Assembly (NCBI RefSeq): GCF_009914755.1
Contig: NC_060931.1
Strand: one strand, 5' to 3'
DNA: 64,000 bases
DNA from: the human T2T-CHM13v2.0 reference genome, Homo sapiens
Below are positions 30,761 to 46,070 of the stretch, in pieces. Under the pieces are notes generated by a model, which made no database searches, had not been told where the DNA came from, and saw only the letters and a list, made by a program, of their open reading frames with translations. The position numbers and the translations under genes are program-made. Position 1 is the first letter of the stretch. Every line of letters starts with the position of its first letter.

Positions 30761-31807
30761 GACAAGTAATAGACTTGGTAAGGAATTTAACTTGACTGAA
30801 GGACAAAAGTGGCAAGTTGTTAGAAAGGGCAAAGTCAAGGAGACTTCCCAGGTGTGAGACATGGGAGACTGAGTGAATGGGAGTGCTAGTGGTTGGTAGG
30901 GAATTTGGGAGGAGCAGGTGTGAGAAAGGGTGAGAATGAGTTTTGGGTGGCCCTATTGACTTTGACAGTTTCTCAAGGGTGTTTAGGTGAAAGTATTTCA
31001 ATTCATCTAATTATCTTAACGAGGCTACATGGTCGAACATAATAGTCCAGTTTTTAAAAGTGCAGAGACAGAAGTCCAGAGAAGTTAAAAGAATTTTACT
31101 CAGTCCCTCTCATCTGATTAGTGGCAGAACCAAAATTGGTAGGTGTTCCCTCTACTAGTCCACAATTATTTTAGATAAGATCAGGATCCTTTGAAATACC
31201 TGTTCCTCATCTCCTTATTTAGGTTTTGGAATATTCTTATTTATAGGAAAAAACAGCATTATCAATTATGCCTTTATACTTGAAAGAAAAACCCAAGAAA
31301 GTCAATTTCAGGAATCCTCAGAAAATAATTACATCTTAGAAATGAATTGAAAGAGTGAGGATAGCATGAATCTGCATTTACATGGTGCATACCCACCCCA
31401 CCCTAGGAATCACCAACCTGCGCCTGAGTTCAGGTCATTTGCCTAAACAAATCGTTAAAGTGGAAGAAATGTAAATTTGGTGTGAAAACAGTATTTGGTT
31501 TTAAGTTTTTCCTAAGTTATTGAGAGTGGCAAAGCTAGTTCCAAAAGAGTGAAACATAGGATGAAAACAATAATATTTCTTTATGAAAATAGCTGCAATA
31601 GAATACCATCTAGTTGACTTCATCATGATTATGTGCTGCTCAAAATATTCCTTTCTCCATTATGTAGCAAGTCAGTCTCTTTTGGACCAGAAGATTGATT
31701 CCGGTCTTTGTTTTTTAAATGGAGGGGTTATTTGTTTAGATAGGGGTACATGAATTAAACAGAATTCTAGCTCCTGATAATCTATGAGGATATATCTTGG
31801 GAGCTAG

Positions 31808-32262
31808 GATACAGTTTGTTTTAGGGCTGCTGTAACAAATTACTACAAACCGGACTGCTTAAGACAACAGGTATTCTCTCACAGTTCTGGAGGCCAGAAA
31901 TTCAAAATGAAGGTGTTGGCAGCATTGCACTCTCTATGAAGGCTTTAGGGGAGAATCTTTCCTTGCCTCTTCCAGCTTCTGAGGCTATAGGCATTCCTTG
32001 GCTTGTGGCAGCATCACTCCATTCTCTGTCTGGCTGGTGACATTGCTGCTTCCCCTTCTGTGTATCTGTGACATCTTCCCTTGCCTCTCTTATGAGAACA
32101 CTTGGTGATGGCATTTGGGGCTCACTCCCTTAATCCAGGCTAATTGCACCATTTTAAAATCCTTCATTTAATCCCATCTGAAAAGACTCTTTTTCTAAAT
32201 AAGGTAACATAATCCAGGAGTGGGACTTGAGATCTTTGGATGACCATTATTCAACCTGTTAT
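31808..32262 (-). mobile_element. MaLR LTR (MLT1C/D-like)
   Basis: agggctgctgtaacaaattac...ctcacagttctggaggccagaa...gcctcttccagcttctg, hallmark MLT1 reverse-strand motifs. Confidence 0.8.
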
Positions 32263-32612
32263 AGGCAGTGTAAGGTTGGATTCAAGGACTAGGCAAAGTA
32301 AGGTGGGCATCGGACATAGGGTTCAACTTCAAGGAAAGTCTTTATTGTGAGCAAAAGCAAAATGTCCAAACCAGAGTGGCAGTGTCAAGTGTCAGGCCCA
32401 AAAGATAAAGCATGGATCTGAATAAGAAGACACACCACACAGCTGGAACTCAGAAGGCAGCACTCTCCCTGATACTTAAGCAGGGCAGAGGCAGGAACCA
32501 CTTTTCTGGTTGGGTGTTGAGATGTGATAGTGTGATATCCATGTGACTATCCATGCTGAAACAGTGTGTCTGTAAGGCAGGTTGATGACACCTGATTGAA
32601 ATTGTGAGCCAA

Positions 32613-32878
32613 CACGCCTGTAATCCCAGCGCTTTGGGAGGCCAAGATGGGTGGATCACTTGAGGTCAGGAGTTCGAGACCCACCTGGCCAGCATGGTGC
32701 AACCCCAACTCTACTAAAAATACATAGTGGCGCATGTCTGTAATCCCAGCTATTTGGGAGGCTGAGGCAGGAGAATCACTTGAACCCAGGAGGCAGAGGT
32801 GAGCTGAAATTGTGCTGCTGCACTCCAGCCTGGGCGACAGAGCAAGACTTCATCTCAAACAAACAAACAAACAAAAAA
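32613..32878 (+). mobile_element. 5'-truncated Alu with linker deletion
   Basis: Perfect 15-bp TSD GAAATTGTGAGCCAA (32598-32612 and 32879-32893). Confidence 0.93.
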
Positions 32879-35800
32879 GAAATTGTGAGCCAAGTCAGCT
32901 GGGAACACAGATGTGTCTGAGAGAAGCTCAGGCTTGACTCCTGACTGGACTCATGTCACTCCATTTTAGTTTCTATGTATTTCCATCTCTACCCCTCTGC
33001 CCCACACTCCAGCTAGAGTAAGCCAGAATTATATATACATGACTCAGCCCTTTCTCCCTGATAACATCTCTTGGCATATCCAAAGGGTCACTTGCCCACA
33101 AAGTTATCAGTGACCCTGCTCTACTTATCAGTATTATCTCCCTCAGGCCTGGTCACACAGGCTCCTTCCTAAAATAGTTCTCCTTAATCTCCTGGCCTAG
33201 AGCAAACATGCATCTATCTGCCTGCAACAAGCAAAGTATTTCCCCATCCACACAAATTCCCAGGAAAAGCAAACCAAAATGTAAAATGAAAACACTGAGT
33301 TTATTGAATTTTAGGACCACCACCTTAGTGTTTTTAAGTCTTAGAAACGTGTTAATTATCATAATGGTTCTGGCCTTTTTGAGCCTGAGCAAATTTTTGG
33401 CATAATGAATCAGGCACAAGGAGGATGTCATGTGCAGTGTCCGTGTCTTTCTGTAGCCACAGGACTGTCACTTGATTGTTCCCTGTGTGGTTATGGTTCT
33501 CTAGAATGGTTGACATAAAGCAAACAAATGATATTGCTTCCTCATGGCAGAGGACTAAGTAATCGGCACATTTATCAACCGCTGCTTGGCCTTGTGGCTG
33601 TTCAGATATTGTATGTGCCACGACATCGTTTCCTTTGTGGCTTCCTGATGCTGAAAACCTTTCCTGGTTAAACTTCTATCATACTATATCAAGAGTGATA
33701 ATGAGTCTTAAACATATTTGGCATGTATGACTTTATTAAGAAAATTTGTTAAGGAAGCAGATGTTAATGTTTTGTTACAACCTTCATATTCTTGTGGACT
33801 TACTAAGGGAAAGCTTTGCTACATCAAATAAGGAGATGCCTTGTTGCAATTCGATCCCAAAGGAGATTTAATTTCAGTAGAGTTTACAACACATTACCCT
33901 CAAGGAGACAGAGAGAAAGGTCTCCATAAAAGATTACTTGCATCTTACTATACCTAATTTTCTCAGACAGCACTTGCACCAGCAGAAGAAATGACAAACT
34001 GCTAATGGCAATAATTTGGAATAGTCTGTGTCCCCAATGACTCTTTTTTCTTATGTCTGTGTTGCACTCAGATCAGCAATACTAGAATCTTATTATAGTG
34101 GAAAGTCGTACTGAACACTTTAGAGACAGACACAAGTGTGGCAGAAAGATCATAGGCTCTGCTGTCAGATAGACACCTTTTACCTTAACTTACATTATTA
34201 CTCAAGTCATTTTACCTCCTCAGATCTGTGTCTTCATATATAAAATAGAGATAATAATGAAAAATCTGTTTCACTGTGTCTTGGCACATACAAATTGCCA
34301 CCTAGATATTAGGCAAGTGTCAAGTATGGTCCTCTCACACTCACTCTGTCCTTGCTTTACATTCATGCTGGTTGGACTGTCCACCCCTGACAAGTCACAC
34401 AGAAAACTCTGCCAACTCAGAGAATCCATGTGCATTTTTTTTTTGTTATGCTGTATTTTTGTCCAATTGACTATTTTTCCTCCTTACACTTTTTTGTTAC
34501 TTTGGTCCCTGCAAAAAAATAGAATGGTTGGCAGACATTTAAGTGATGAGTTCTTGATCAACAAATGAAGAGTAATAAGAAAAATGTTTGCCTCAATGGC
34601 TTCTGAAGAGGATGAAGCATCACTTCATTAATAAAGTAGATAGCTTCTGCCTCTTAGACTGGACTCCCAAATTCTTGCCTAGAATCTTCAGTCTCTGGGG
34701 AAGAGAGGACTAAATCCAGTCAGAAATATAGTATATATACAACCTCCTGACCTGTTCTTAGGACTAATCAAAACTCACAGGTGTCCCACTGGGCAACTAG
34801 AAAATTCCTAAGAATGAAGGAGTTATTTGGTTCTTGCTAAGTGAAGACAGCACACACAAAATTACTCTGCTGACCACCACTCGGAATGGTTCCTTTCACA
34901 GGGCTTTGTGGACTCCTGTGCTGGAGGGGAAAGAATGCTTTCTTAACTTGAAAGTTTGTAGTTTGGTTCTGGGATAACTTAATTAAAGGCCCCACTGCCA
35001 AGAAGGATAGAATTAAAGATGTAAGTCGGGACTTCGAATATCCTGACTTTAAAGTTCATAAATCACCTTTGTATTTCACTGGATTCTGTTGTATTTCCTC
35101 TTTTATTTAATAGTTGTTATTTTTCGTATTTTCTGGACTACTTAGTCTTGGGAAAGGTTGGAACACCAAATTAAGACTTCAAATGTAGCTTAAAGAGGAT
35201 ACAGTGACATCTGGAGAACCTCTGTTTCTGACAATATGGGGGACTATGTGACCAGAGAAATCCTGCCAGTAGAAAAATGATTAGAAAACATGCATGCAGA
35301 GAAGCAAGCACTAGAACCAGCATTTGCTAATACTCTTTAGCTTAGAACCTGAACTTTATGGGCCATAAGAAATGAGGATATTACAAGAATCCTGAAGTCC
35401 ACAGTAGGTGGGAGATAGAATAGAAACTTCAAAATAAAGGTCGGACATCCAAAAGTCAGCAATGTCAGTGGGTGAACTAGGTAAAAAACAAAACAAAACA
35501 AAAAAGAAAGCAAACAAATTTTAAAACCTGTCATTGAAGACTGAAGAAAAAAACAGTAGATATTCTAACCTGTTTTGACCATGGTTCTTGAAAATCTCTC
35601 ATTTTTCTGGGGCTAGGAGATGAGCTATCTACAAATCTACTGTCCTATATATAGGACAGTAATTAATTCTACTTGGCCCAAAAACCACCAAACAGAAAAT
35701 TAAGTTTAATGTGGTTCTATTTCAGAGGTGCCCTTAAGCACTTAGAAAAACAGAATGCAAATCATCTCTGGATTAAGAACAACTGCACAGCAAATTAAAT

Positions 35801-35960
35801 GGTAGATTAGATAGAAGAGAGAATTCATGATTGGATACATAGATCTGAATAAATTAATTACAACTCAACCCAGAGAGACACACACACACATAGGAAATAC
35901 AAGAGAGGCAGAGACATACAGTGTGATCACATCTAATATATAGCTAAAATTTGCATTAAT

Positions 35961-36148
35961 TTTATATATGTAATTTATCAATATATAATATATCAATATA
36001 TAATATATTATAATATATCAATATATAATATATAATATATTATAATATTTCAATATATAATATATAATATATTATAATATTTATATAATCTATTATATCT
36101 TATAATACATTATATATACATTTATGTGTATATATAAATGTATATATA
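35961..36148. repeat. AT-rich minisatellite/low-complexity tract ((A)TATATAA/TATCAA units)
   Basis: Repeated atatcaatatataatatattata units. Confidence 0.9.
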
Positions 36149-36842
36149 ACTGCAGTTCCAGGGGAAGCTAGAGAAAATAGGCAGAGGCAATATTTTACCA
36201 TGCTTAGGAATTTTCCAAAACTTTTGAAGACATAATTTTTCAGACTCAGGAAGTCCTAAAGACTACATGGATTCAGTAAAAATTAAATACATTAAATAAA
36301 AAGGTATTTAGGTTTAGACTGATGGTGGTTAAACTGTAGAAAACAGAAGACATAGAGATCTTTAAATCACTCAGAGGAAAAAAATACAGATTACCTACAA
36401 AGCAAAGACAATTAGAATCATGGCTGACTTCTTGAAAACAATAGTGAAACTCAGAAGACAATGGAATAATATCATCAGTATACCAACAGAAGGTTAACTG
36501 TCAGCTTAGAAATGTACAACCAATACAAATCTTTTAGAAGAAAGAAAAAAAATAAAGAAAAAAATATCTTTATTTGGAAGCAAAGTAACTTTGGGGAAAA
36601 TAAAACCAACTTACTAGGAGAACTTACTATGAACAGATGAGTAAGGAAATTCTAAAGAACTATTCTACAGGAAGAGAGAATATAGCCACTAAAGGAAAGC
36701 CTAAGATAAAAAAATGGGGATCAAAAATTAGCATAAGCATACAGTAAGCTAAAAATCATTGATTTTGAAAAACGGTATTGATACTAATGATTTCCAGATT
36801 AAAAAAATAGAAAACCAAAATGCTGAACCCAATTGCAGGTAA

Positions 36843-37418
36843 CTGTGGTTCTCAAACTATGTACTGAGGCACTCATGACATCCTAGTGAATGCGCAGGGG
36901 CACTGCAGGATGTTTATATTTTCTAGGGAAACAGGGCAATGTATATTGGACACAGCACAGAGTGTCCTCAAGTTCACAGCTTCGACATTGAATCACACTA
37001 CATTCCTTTGATAAACACATTTGATCAAACTTGGTTTTTGGATGGATGTTGCTATGAAAAAAATGCAAGTACCAAGAGAAAATCAATATAAAACAAGAAA
37101 TATGGATGGAGATATCTGATTCAATTCCAAGATTTAAGAAGTTTTACTGTGCCTAACAGATGTACATATACTGTTAGAAAGTAATAGTGGCTAAGAATCA
37201 AATAAAGATTTTTTTTCTTTTATTATAATTTATGTCTATTATTTTTTCAAATGACCACTCAGTTATTAGGATATGAATACATATTGTTTTTACTTAATTA
37301 ATAAACAAAACAATACTACTTAATACACAAAACAGTATTCCTTTTTGCCTAAGGGCATTATGAAAAATTTACAGAGACAGAAAAAATGTGGGGAACCAAG
37401 AAAGTTTGAAAACATCTG
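36843..37418. mobile_element. hAT-Charlie-type non-autonomous element
   Basis: ctgtggttctcaaact... and ...aagtttgaaaacatctg resemble Charlie TIRs. Interrupts an L1. Confidence 0.6.
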
Positions 37419-37509
37419 GCATATAAATTGGTAGGGGGATAACTGGATCCTGGCATATAATTGATACGGGGATAACTGGTATTGATTACATTTTTATTTT
37501 GTTAAGTTA

Positions 37510-38040
<531 letters not shown>

Positions 38041-38814
38041 CTAGTAAATGTGAGGAAACAATCTCAATCAATCTCAAACACAGCAAGATGGGAATTTTTT
38101 TATAGGGGGCCAAAAATAGGCACTAAGTAAGATTCTAAGATGAATTAAAACATGTCAATAATGTCAATTCATGTAAATGCAGTAAACTTTTCAGTTAAAA
38201 GGCAAAGATAGAATAAATCCTGCTATTTTCTATTTTCAAGAGATACACATAAAACTAAAAACTTAGAAAGGTTGCATATATATAGGTTAAAAATGATGTT
38301 TGAAGAACATACAAACCAAAATGAAGCCAGTGTAGCTTTAGTAATGTTAGATGCTACCGACTTTAAAACAAAATGCATTACTGTTCAAGTCACCTCATGT
38401 CAATAAAAATTTGAATTCACCTGAAACAGATAATTATTCTAAAATTGTACAAGTAACAAACAATTTTAAGACAATACATTTGATCACTTACTGCAGTTGT
38501 AAGTGATCAGATTAATGGAGAAAAATTATATGATCCTCCCAGTAGATGGATTAAAAGCCATTTGCTGTAAGTAAACATCTATAATAAAATTTCTCATCAA
38601 ACTAGGAATAGATTCTATAACTTGATAAAGTATGCCATTATTCCTTGTCACAAACATACTCAGTGATGAGGCATTAAGTGCATTTCCTTTAAAATTAGGA
38701 ACAAGATAAAAATGTTTTCTACTAAAACTCTATTCATCAATATATTTCTAGCTGAGAAAATAAAATTGAGTCCCCTCTCACATTATACCCACAGGAGACC
38801 ATAATTAAAAAAAA

Positions 38815-40520
38815 GCTTTTTGTTTTGAGAGAATTATAGATTAACATGCAGTGATAAGAAATAATACAGAGAGATCCCATGTAGCCCTGTTCCCCAATGG
38901 TAACTTCTTGCAAAACTATACCACAATATCACATTGAGGGCATTGACATTGATATAGTCAAGATAGAGAAGAGTTCCATCACCACGAAAATCTCTCCTGC
39001 TGCCCTTTTATAGCCACATGCACCTCCCTTCCCTCCACTCCCATTTCTCCTCTAACTTCTGGAGACCCCCAATCTGTTCTCTGCTTCTAGAATGTTGTCA
39101 TTTCAAGAATGCTATGTTCAATGAAATCATATACTATGTAATCTTTTGGATTGGTGTTTTTCACTCAGCACAATTCCCTTAAGATTGACGCAGGTTGTTG
39201 TGTGAATCAATAGTTTGTTCCTTTTCATTGCTAAGGAGTATTCCATAATATGGATGTACCATAGTTTTTCCTGTTTATTTTCTTATTTAAATATTTTTCC
39301 TGTTTATTTTCCTAAATTTTATAGTTACCATTTTCCATTTAAATCTATGATCCGTTTTGAATTAATTTTTTACAATGTGAGCTTTATGTTGAGTTTCTTT
39401 TTTCCCCCCAGCTCCAGTACACATGTTTCAGTGCCATTTGTCAAAAAGGCTGTATTACTTCCTCTATTGCATTTGTACCTTTGTCAAAAATTATTTGGAC
39501 ATATTTGTGTGGATCTATTTCTGAGTTCTCTGTTGTTCTATTGATTTATGTGTCTGTCTCTCTGCCAATATGATATTCTCCTAGTACCTGCTTGGTGTTT
39601 AGCAGTTATATAGTATATCTTAATATCAGATAGAGTAATTATCTCTTTATTATTTTTATGATTGTGTAAGCCATTCTGAGGCTGTTATCTTTCCATATAA
39701 ATTTTAAAATGAACTTTTTAAAAAGTTTACAAAAAAGCTTTCCTGGGACTTTGGTAAGAATTGCATTAAACTTATACATTTTGGGAGAATTGGGATCTTT
39801 ACTATGTTGAATCATCCAGTCCATGAACATAGTATGCTTCTCCACTTGTTTAGGTCTTGATTGATTTCTTTCATCAACATTTTATAATTTCCAGCATACA
39901 CAGTCTATACATTTTTTTGTTGTTTATATCTAAGTATTTCATTTTATTTTTAGTGACTATTAATGGTGTTGTTTTTAATTTTGGTTTGCACATGTTTATT
40001 GTCGGTATACAAAAATATGATTGATCTCTGTACATTGGTCTTGTATCCTAAGACCTTGAAGAAGTCATTTATTAGTCCTAAGAGTATTTTTGTATATTTT
40101 CTTGACAATGTGGACAATTGTGTTATCTGTATGATTTCTTCCTTTTTAAATTTTTCTTTTAATTTTTTATATTTGTTCCTTTTATTTTTATTTTATTTAT
40201 TTTTCCAATCTGTGTGCCTTTTATGTTTTTCTTTTCTTGATTATTGCAGTGTCTAGAACTTCTAGTAATAAGTCAAATAAGAGTGGTGGGAGCAGACATC
40301 CTTGCCTCATTTTATTTTATTTTTATTTTATTTTTAATTTTTATTATTTTATTTTTATTATTATTTTTTTCCTTGCCTCATTTTCAATCTTAGAGGAAAA
40401 GCATTCAGTATTTCACCATTAAGTATGATGTTATCTTTAGATTTTTTGTAGGTGCTCTTTAAAAAGTTGAGATTATTCCCTTCAATCCCTAACTTGTGAC
40501 CTTTTATTATGAATAAATGC
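38815..40520 (-). mobile_element. L1MC/MD 3'UTR and ORF2 3' part
   Basis: ttccccaatggtaacttcttgcaaaacta..., ttccatataaatttta..., tttcaccattaagtatgatgtta, typical reverse L1. Confidence 0.85.
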
Positions 40521-40787
40521 ATCAAGGTTTAAACATTTTATAAGAAAATTTAGGATAATATCTTTAACACTTAAGAATAGGAAATAATTTTTAAAATATG
40601 TCATAAAAAGCGAAGAACAAAAGGAAAATTTCAGTAAGTTTGAAAATGCTGAAATTAAGAACTTTTGGTCATCAAAACATAATACAAAATAAATGAGAAA
40701 TAAAGCCATAATTTCAATTCCAGTATTTTCATGTACCAATGAAGAATTCATATCCAGAATATGTAAAAAACTCATACATGATAGCAT

Positions 40788-41125
<338 letters not shown>

Positions 41126-41865
41126 TCATTTAAGAGGAAATGCAAATTACTATTAAGCAGGGAAAATATACTCAACCTGATTAGTAATTAAGGAAATGCA
41201 AGTTAAAGCTTTAATAAGATACCATTTCACAGTGATCAGATTGGCAAAACCTAAAAACTCTGATAATATTAAGTTTTGCTGAGATATAAAGCAACTGGTG
41301 GGAGTGATTGGTAAGTGATTAAGGAAAATTATTTGTCATTACCCAACAAGTGAAGATATATTTAACACTATGCCATAGCAAATCTAGCTCTAGGTTTATA
41401 CCCTAGAAAAATTGTTGCATGAAGAGATGGGTTAATGGCAGCATTGTTTGCCATGGTAAAATAACTGGAAGCTACCTAAAAGCAGAGTCAGTTAAATTAT
41501 GGAGTATTTATACAATGGCATACTTCATATTAATGGCCATGATTAGCCTATGGCCTCATGCCTCAGAATGGGTGAATCTCAGAAACAATGTTATGAGAAA
41601 AAGCAAGTCAGAGAAGCATATGCTTGATTTCATTGAATTAAATGTTATAAATGGGTGAAATCCAGAACTAAATATTTGGAGTATATACACACTGATACAA
41701 GTAGAAAAAAAGAAAGGAAAAGATTAACAAAATTCAGGAGAATTATATTTGGGGATAGAAGAGGGAGGGACTGGGTACACCTGGGACTTTAAACATTTTG
41801 GTAGTTCTGTTTCTCAGGCTGGGTGTTTGGTGCATGGGTGTTCATTTTATTAGTCTACATTAAGC

Positions 41866-41967
41866 TATATATACGTGTGTGTATATTATGTACATTATAT
41901 GTATACACACTATATATATGCACACACATTATATATGTGTTTGTGTAAATTATGTGTGTGTGTATAT
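41866..41967. repeat. Degenerate (TA)n/(TG)n tract
   Basis: tatatatacgtgtgtgtatatt...tgtgtgtgtgtata. Confidence 0.75.
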
Positions 41968-42128
41968 TGCATGACCAATTTTCATAGTTTTTTTAAATTA
42001 GAGAAAATAGGAAAAAGGCTATGTCAGGTGCATTCACAGCAGAATGAAATTTAGTAACAGTGAATTGTTTCAAAGAAGTAAGATAACAAAAAAAGTCAGC
42101 TTTTACATGTGATCTTCATTATCTAAGT

Positions 42129-42478
42129 CAGCTGTCCCCAATCTTTTTGGCACCAGGGCCAGTTTTGTAGAAGACAGTTTTTCCATGGACGGGGATGGGG
42201 GATGGTTTCAGGATGATTCAAGGGTATTACATTTATCATTAGATTCTCATAAACAGCGTCCAACCGAGATCCCTCACATGTGCAGTTCACAATAGGCTTC
42301 CCGCTCCTATGAGAATCTAATGCTGCCGCTCATCTGACAGGAGGCGGAGCTCAAGCTGTAATGCTCCTTGCCCACTGCTCACCTCCTGCTGTTCAGGTCA
42401 CTTCCTAACAGGCCAAGGACCGGTACTGGTTTGTGGACCCCCATACCATGGACCATGGTACCGGTTTGCGGACCCCTG
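42129..42478. mobile_element. MER1B-like (hAT-Charlie) element
   Basis: cagctgtccccaatctttttggcaccaggg...ggacccctg ends and 8-bp TSD atctaagt/atgtaagt (42121-42128 and 42479-42486). Confidence 0.88.
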
Positions 42479-43551
42479 ATGTAAGTAAAGTTAGGAAATT
42501 TCATGTCAATTTGTTGTCAGGAATTTATGTTATTTTTGCATTTTTTGAGGGCACAGTTTTCAGAAATAGTTGAATTAACTTTTTAATATATTCACTGTAA
42601 GTTTTGCCTTCAGTTATGTAACCTTTCAAATATTATTCCAAGGTTGTTTTCCTATTATGCTAAAGGAATGACTAAATTGCTAAAATGGGAAATAAAATAA
42701 AGAATATTACTCCAGTGTTTTTTGCTTAGTAAGATATTGTGTGTTTTAAAAATGGTTTTCTGAGTATTCTTAATGAAGAAGAACTCTGTAATTGTTTTCT
42801 TCAAGTTTAGTAGATTAATTTCACATGTATAAATGTGCATGCCCATGTTTTTTGGCTTTCCTTTATCGATAATGACCATTGTCCATGCAGAGCTTCTCGG
42901 CATGGCCTCTGGAGTGTCTTAAAATATGTACAGTGTATATGGCAGATTCAAGATCAGCTGGAAGCTGCTTTAGAAAACTGAAGAAATTGCAAGGCAACAC
43001 TAGAACTTGATATCTAAGTTCCTAAAAATGACTGTATTTTGGAAATTCAGTAAAACAGTTTTGTGTCTAGAGAACTCTAGGCATTCATTAAAAGCTTAAA
43101 ATAAGAGCACTCTCCCCCAACTTCTATAAAATAAAGAAACCAAAAGGAAGTACCTGCAATTTACTCAGTTAATTCAATTTAATTTAAAAAAATTCAGTAA
43201 ATGTTAATTGAGCATCTACCAGATAGTGCCAGATAACATTCATGGCACTGGGCATATAGCAGGGGACAAAACAGATAATATTATGTAACAATAACAGACC
43301 AGTGGTTTCTGCTTAATTGGAAAGTTTCCCTTAAAAGGCAGTAAGCTTCTTGAGGGCATGACCTTGAGTTTTCTGTGACCCAGTTTTTCCTCAGCACTTA
43401 ACAATGCCTGGCACATTAGTATGTATTTAATGCTTATTATTAATTATTGTTCTTTACTGTTAGTACATTTAATATGTGTTCAATGAATGTACCCCAAAGC
43501 CACACATCTTGTACCTGATGAAGCCAGAGTTTGAACCCAGTCTATTGGTAA

Positions 43552-44172
<621 letters not shown>

Positions 44173-45789
44173 TAATAGGACCACATGGTGTCATGTAATC
44201 TGTTTGGCTGATTTTCTTTCCCCACTAAAGTGACTAATTTTTTTTACAGAATTGACCACATCAGCTAGTTATTTTAATGGTAAATCAAATAAAGCTTTTC
44301 CATTTTTTTTTGTCTCCAACTGCCAGAACCTGGCTAAATTAGACACACCTAAATTATAATCCAAGATCAGCCATTTAGTAATTGTGAAATCTTGGACAAA
44401 TACTTAGCCCCTCTAGGTTTCTAACACCTTATCAGTAGAGGTGAAGATAATAATTCCTACCTAGTCTGGTTAATGAGAGGATTAAATGAATAAAGCTTTA
44501 TGTCCTAACCCAATGCCTGACCCTTAAGGAGTTTTGCTGAGCAGCACCTGCTGTTACTACATTTATCATTGTTATTTTTAACCTTAACATCTAATTTCAA
44601 CATTATCTTTGTTCTCTGGTCTTTACTAACCTCCCTGACCTAAGTCATATTATCTTAATCTAACAAATCACCAACTTCTTTCAAGATAGGCAGAGTTACT
44701 TACTTGCTCCTCTTTGGATTTGCTCCTTTGTTATGGAGCTTAAACTGTGTTATAACAATTTATATGACTGTGTTATGAAAAAGATCTCTTATTCTGTACC
44801 CTCTCTTCTAATTACATACATTTTTAATGCAGGTTCATTCATCTTTTCACTGCCAGCTTCTTCATTTTGCCTAGCATATAAGTGCTATCGTGTTTGTTGA
44901 ATGAATAGGTCATATCATTATCCACAGTGAATAGATAGGTCAGTTCTCTTTTGTACATTATTGCTAATACCATTGATGGTATTACTTTGATTTTGATATG
45001 TGTAAGGACACTGTAGTGTTTACAAATATCATTTGTATATGTAATTTCATGTCTTTTCATTAGAATATTCCTCTCTCACTTTCCATAAATATTTTCACTG
45101 TCTATGGATTTTTATTTTTTGCATTTTTTGTCTTGCTAGTGCTATATTACAAATTTTTTTCTTCTGCCATTTCTGCCATAGGACTTTATAAAAAGACTTT
45201 CTTACTTTCACTTAAACTTTTATTTCCCACGTTACTTTAAGGTATACATTTTACTCTTTCCCCCCATCATTAATACATTACCACTTGACTCTGTCATTAG
45301 GCTGTCAATCTGTAAAACGCTTGAGAAAGAAAGAGAGACCTTATTTTAAATAGGCCTGATACTTTGCTAAAGAGGTTGGCGCACTGACTACAATTCTATT
45401 CTTGTCAAGAATAGGCTTTTGAAATTTCAAGGAGAAGAAATGGAATTTAGAAGAGCTACTAAACCATGAAAGACCTAGGAAGGATAAAATAAGTAAAATG
45501 AAGGAGAAAACAGTAAAATCCAAAGACATTGCTAAATGGACAAAATTCACTACAAAATTCTGGAGAAATTCCCTGCCTTATATTGAAATAACTCAATATG
45601 CAACAAAGAATGCCCTGAATGGCCAGACCTAGCACCAAGGCATGAAACTCTCTTTAAGCCATGAATATCTTAAGGGAAATTATAGCAGTTAATTGTTAGT
45701 GGTCAGAAAAACAAAACATTTTTTAATTGAATTTCTAGGTTAAGGTGATAGAGGTTGGGGTGTTGGGGCCAGATGAGAAAAGAACAAGG

Positions 45790-46070
45790 AAACATTTAGT
45801 AACCATTCACCAAAAAATGTTATACAAATGGTGATAACAGGTAGTTCCTTCATTTCCAATGAAGTTTAGAGGGGACAAATTTAATCATGTGGCAAAGTTA
45901 AGTGTCAAACATGAAAGGGAGTTGAAGTGTCAAACGTGAAAGGGTAATGAAGCAGGAGAGATTTATGTTAGAATTCAGACAGACTTCCTGGGTTCTGAAA
46001 TCCTCTAATATGTTACTAAGCAGAGCAGGATTCGCCCCACAAACAAGGCTGGAGAGTTTTCCAAGATTCC
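45790..46070 (+). mobile_element. L3/CR1-like fragment carrying a templated insertion
   Basis: gcaggagagatttatgttag...gacttcctg resembles the remembered L3 3' consensus. Very diverged. Confidence 0.4.

Noticed and set aside
32268-33157. Possible very old LTR around the Alu at 32613
   Set aside because: TG/CA ends and a tttatt are present, but there is no clear TSD or family match that I can support.
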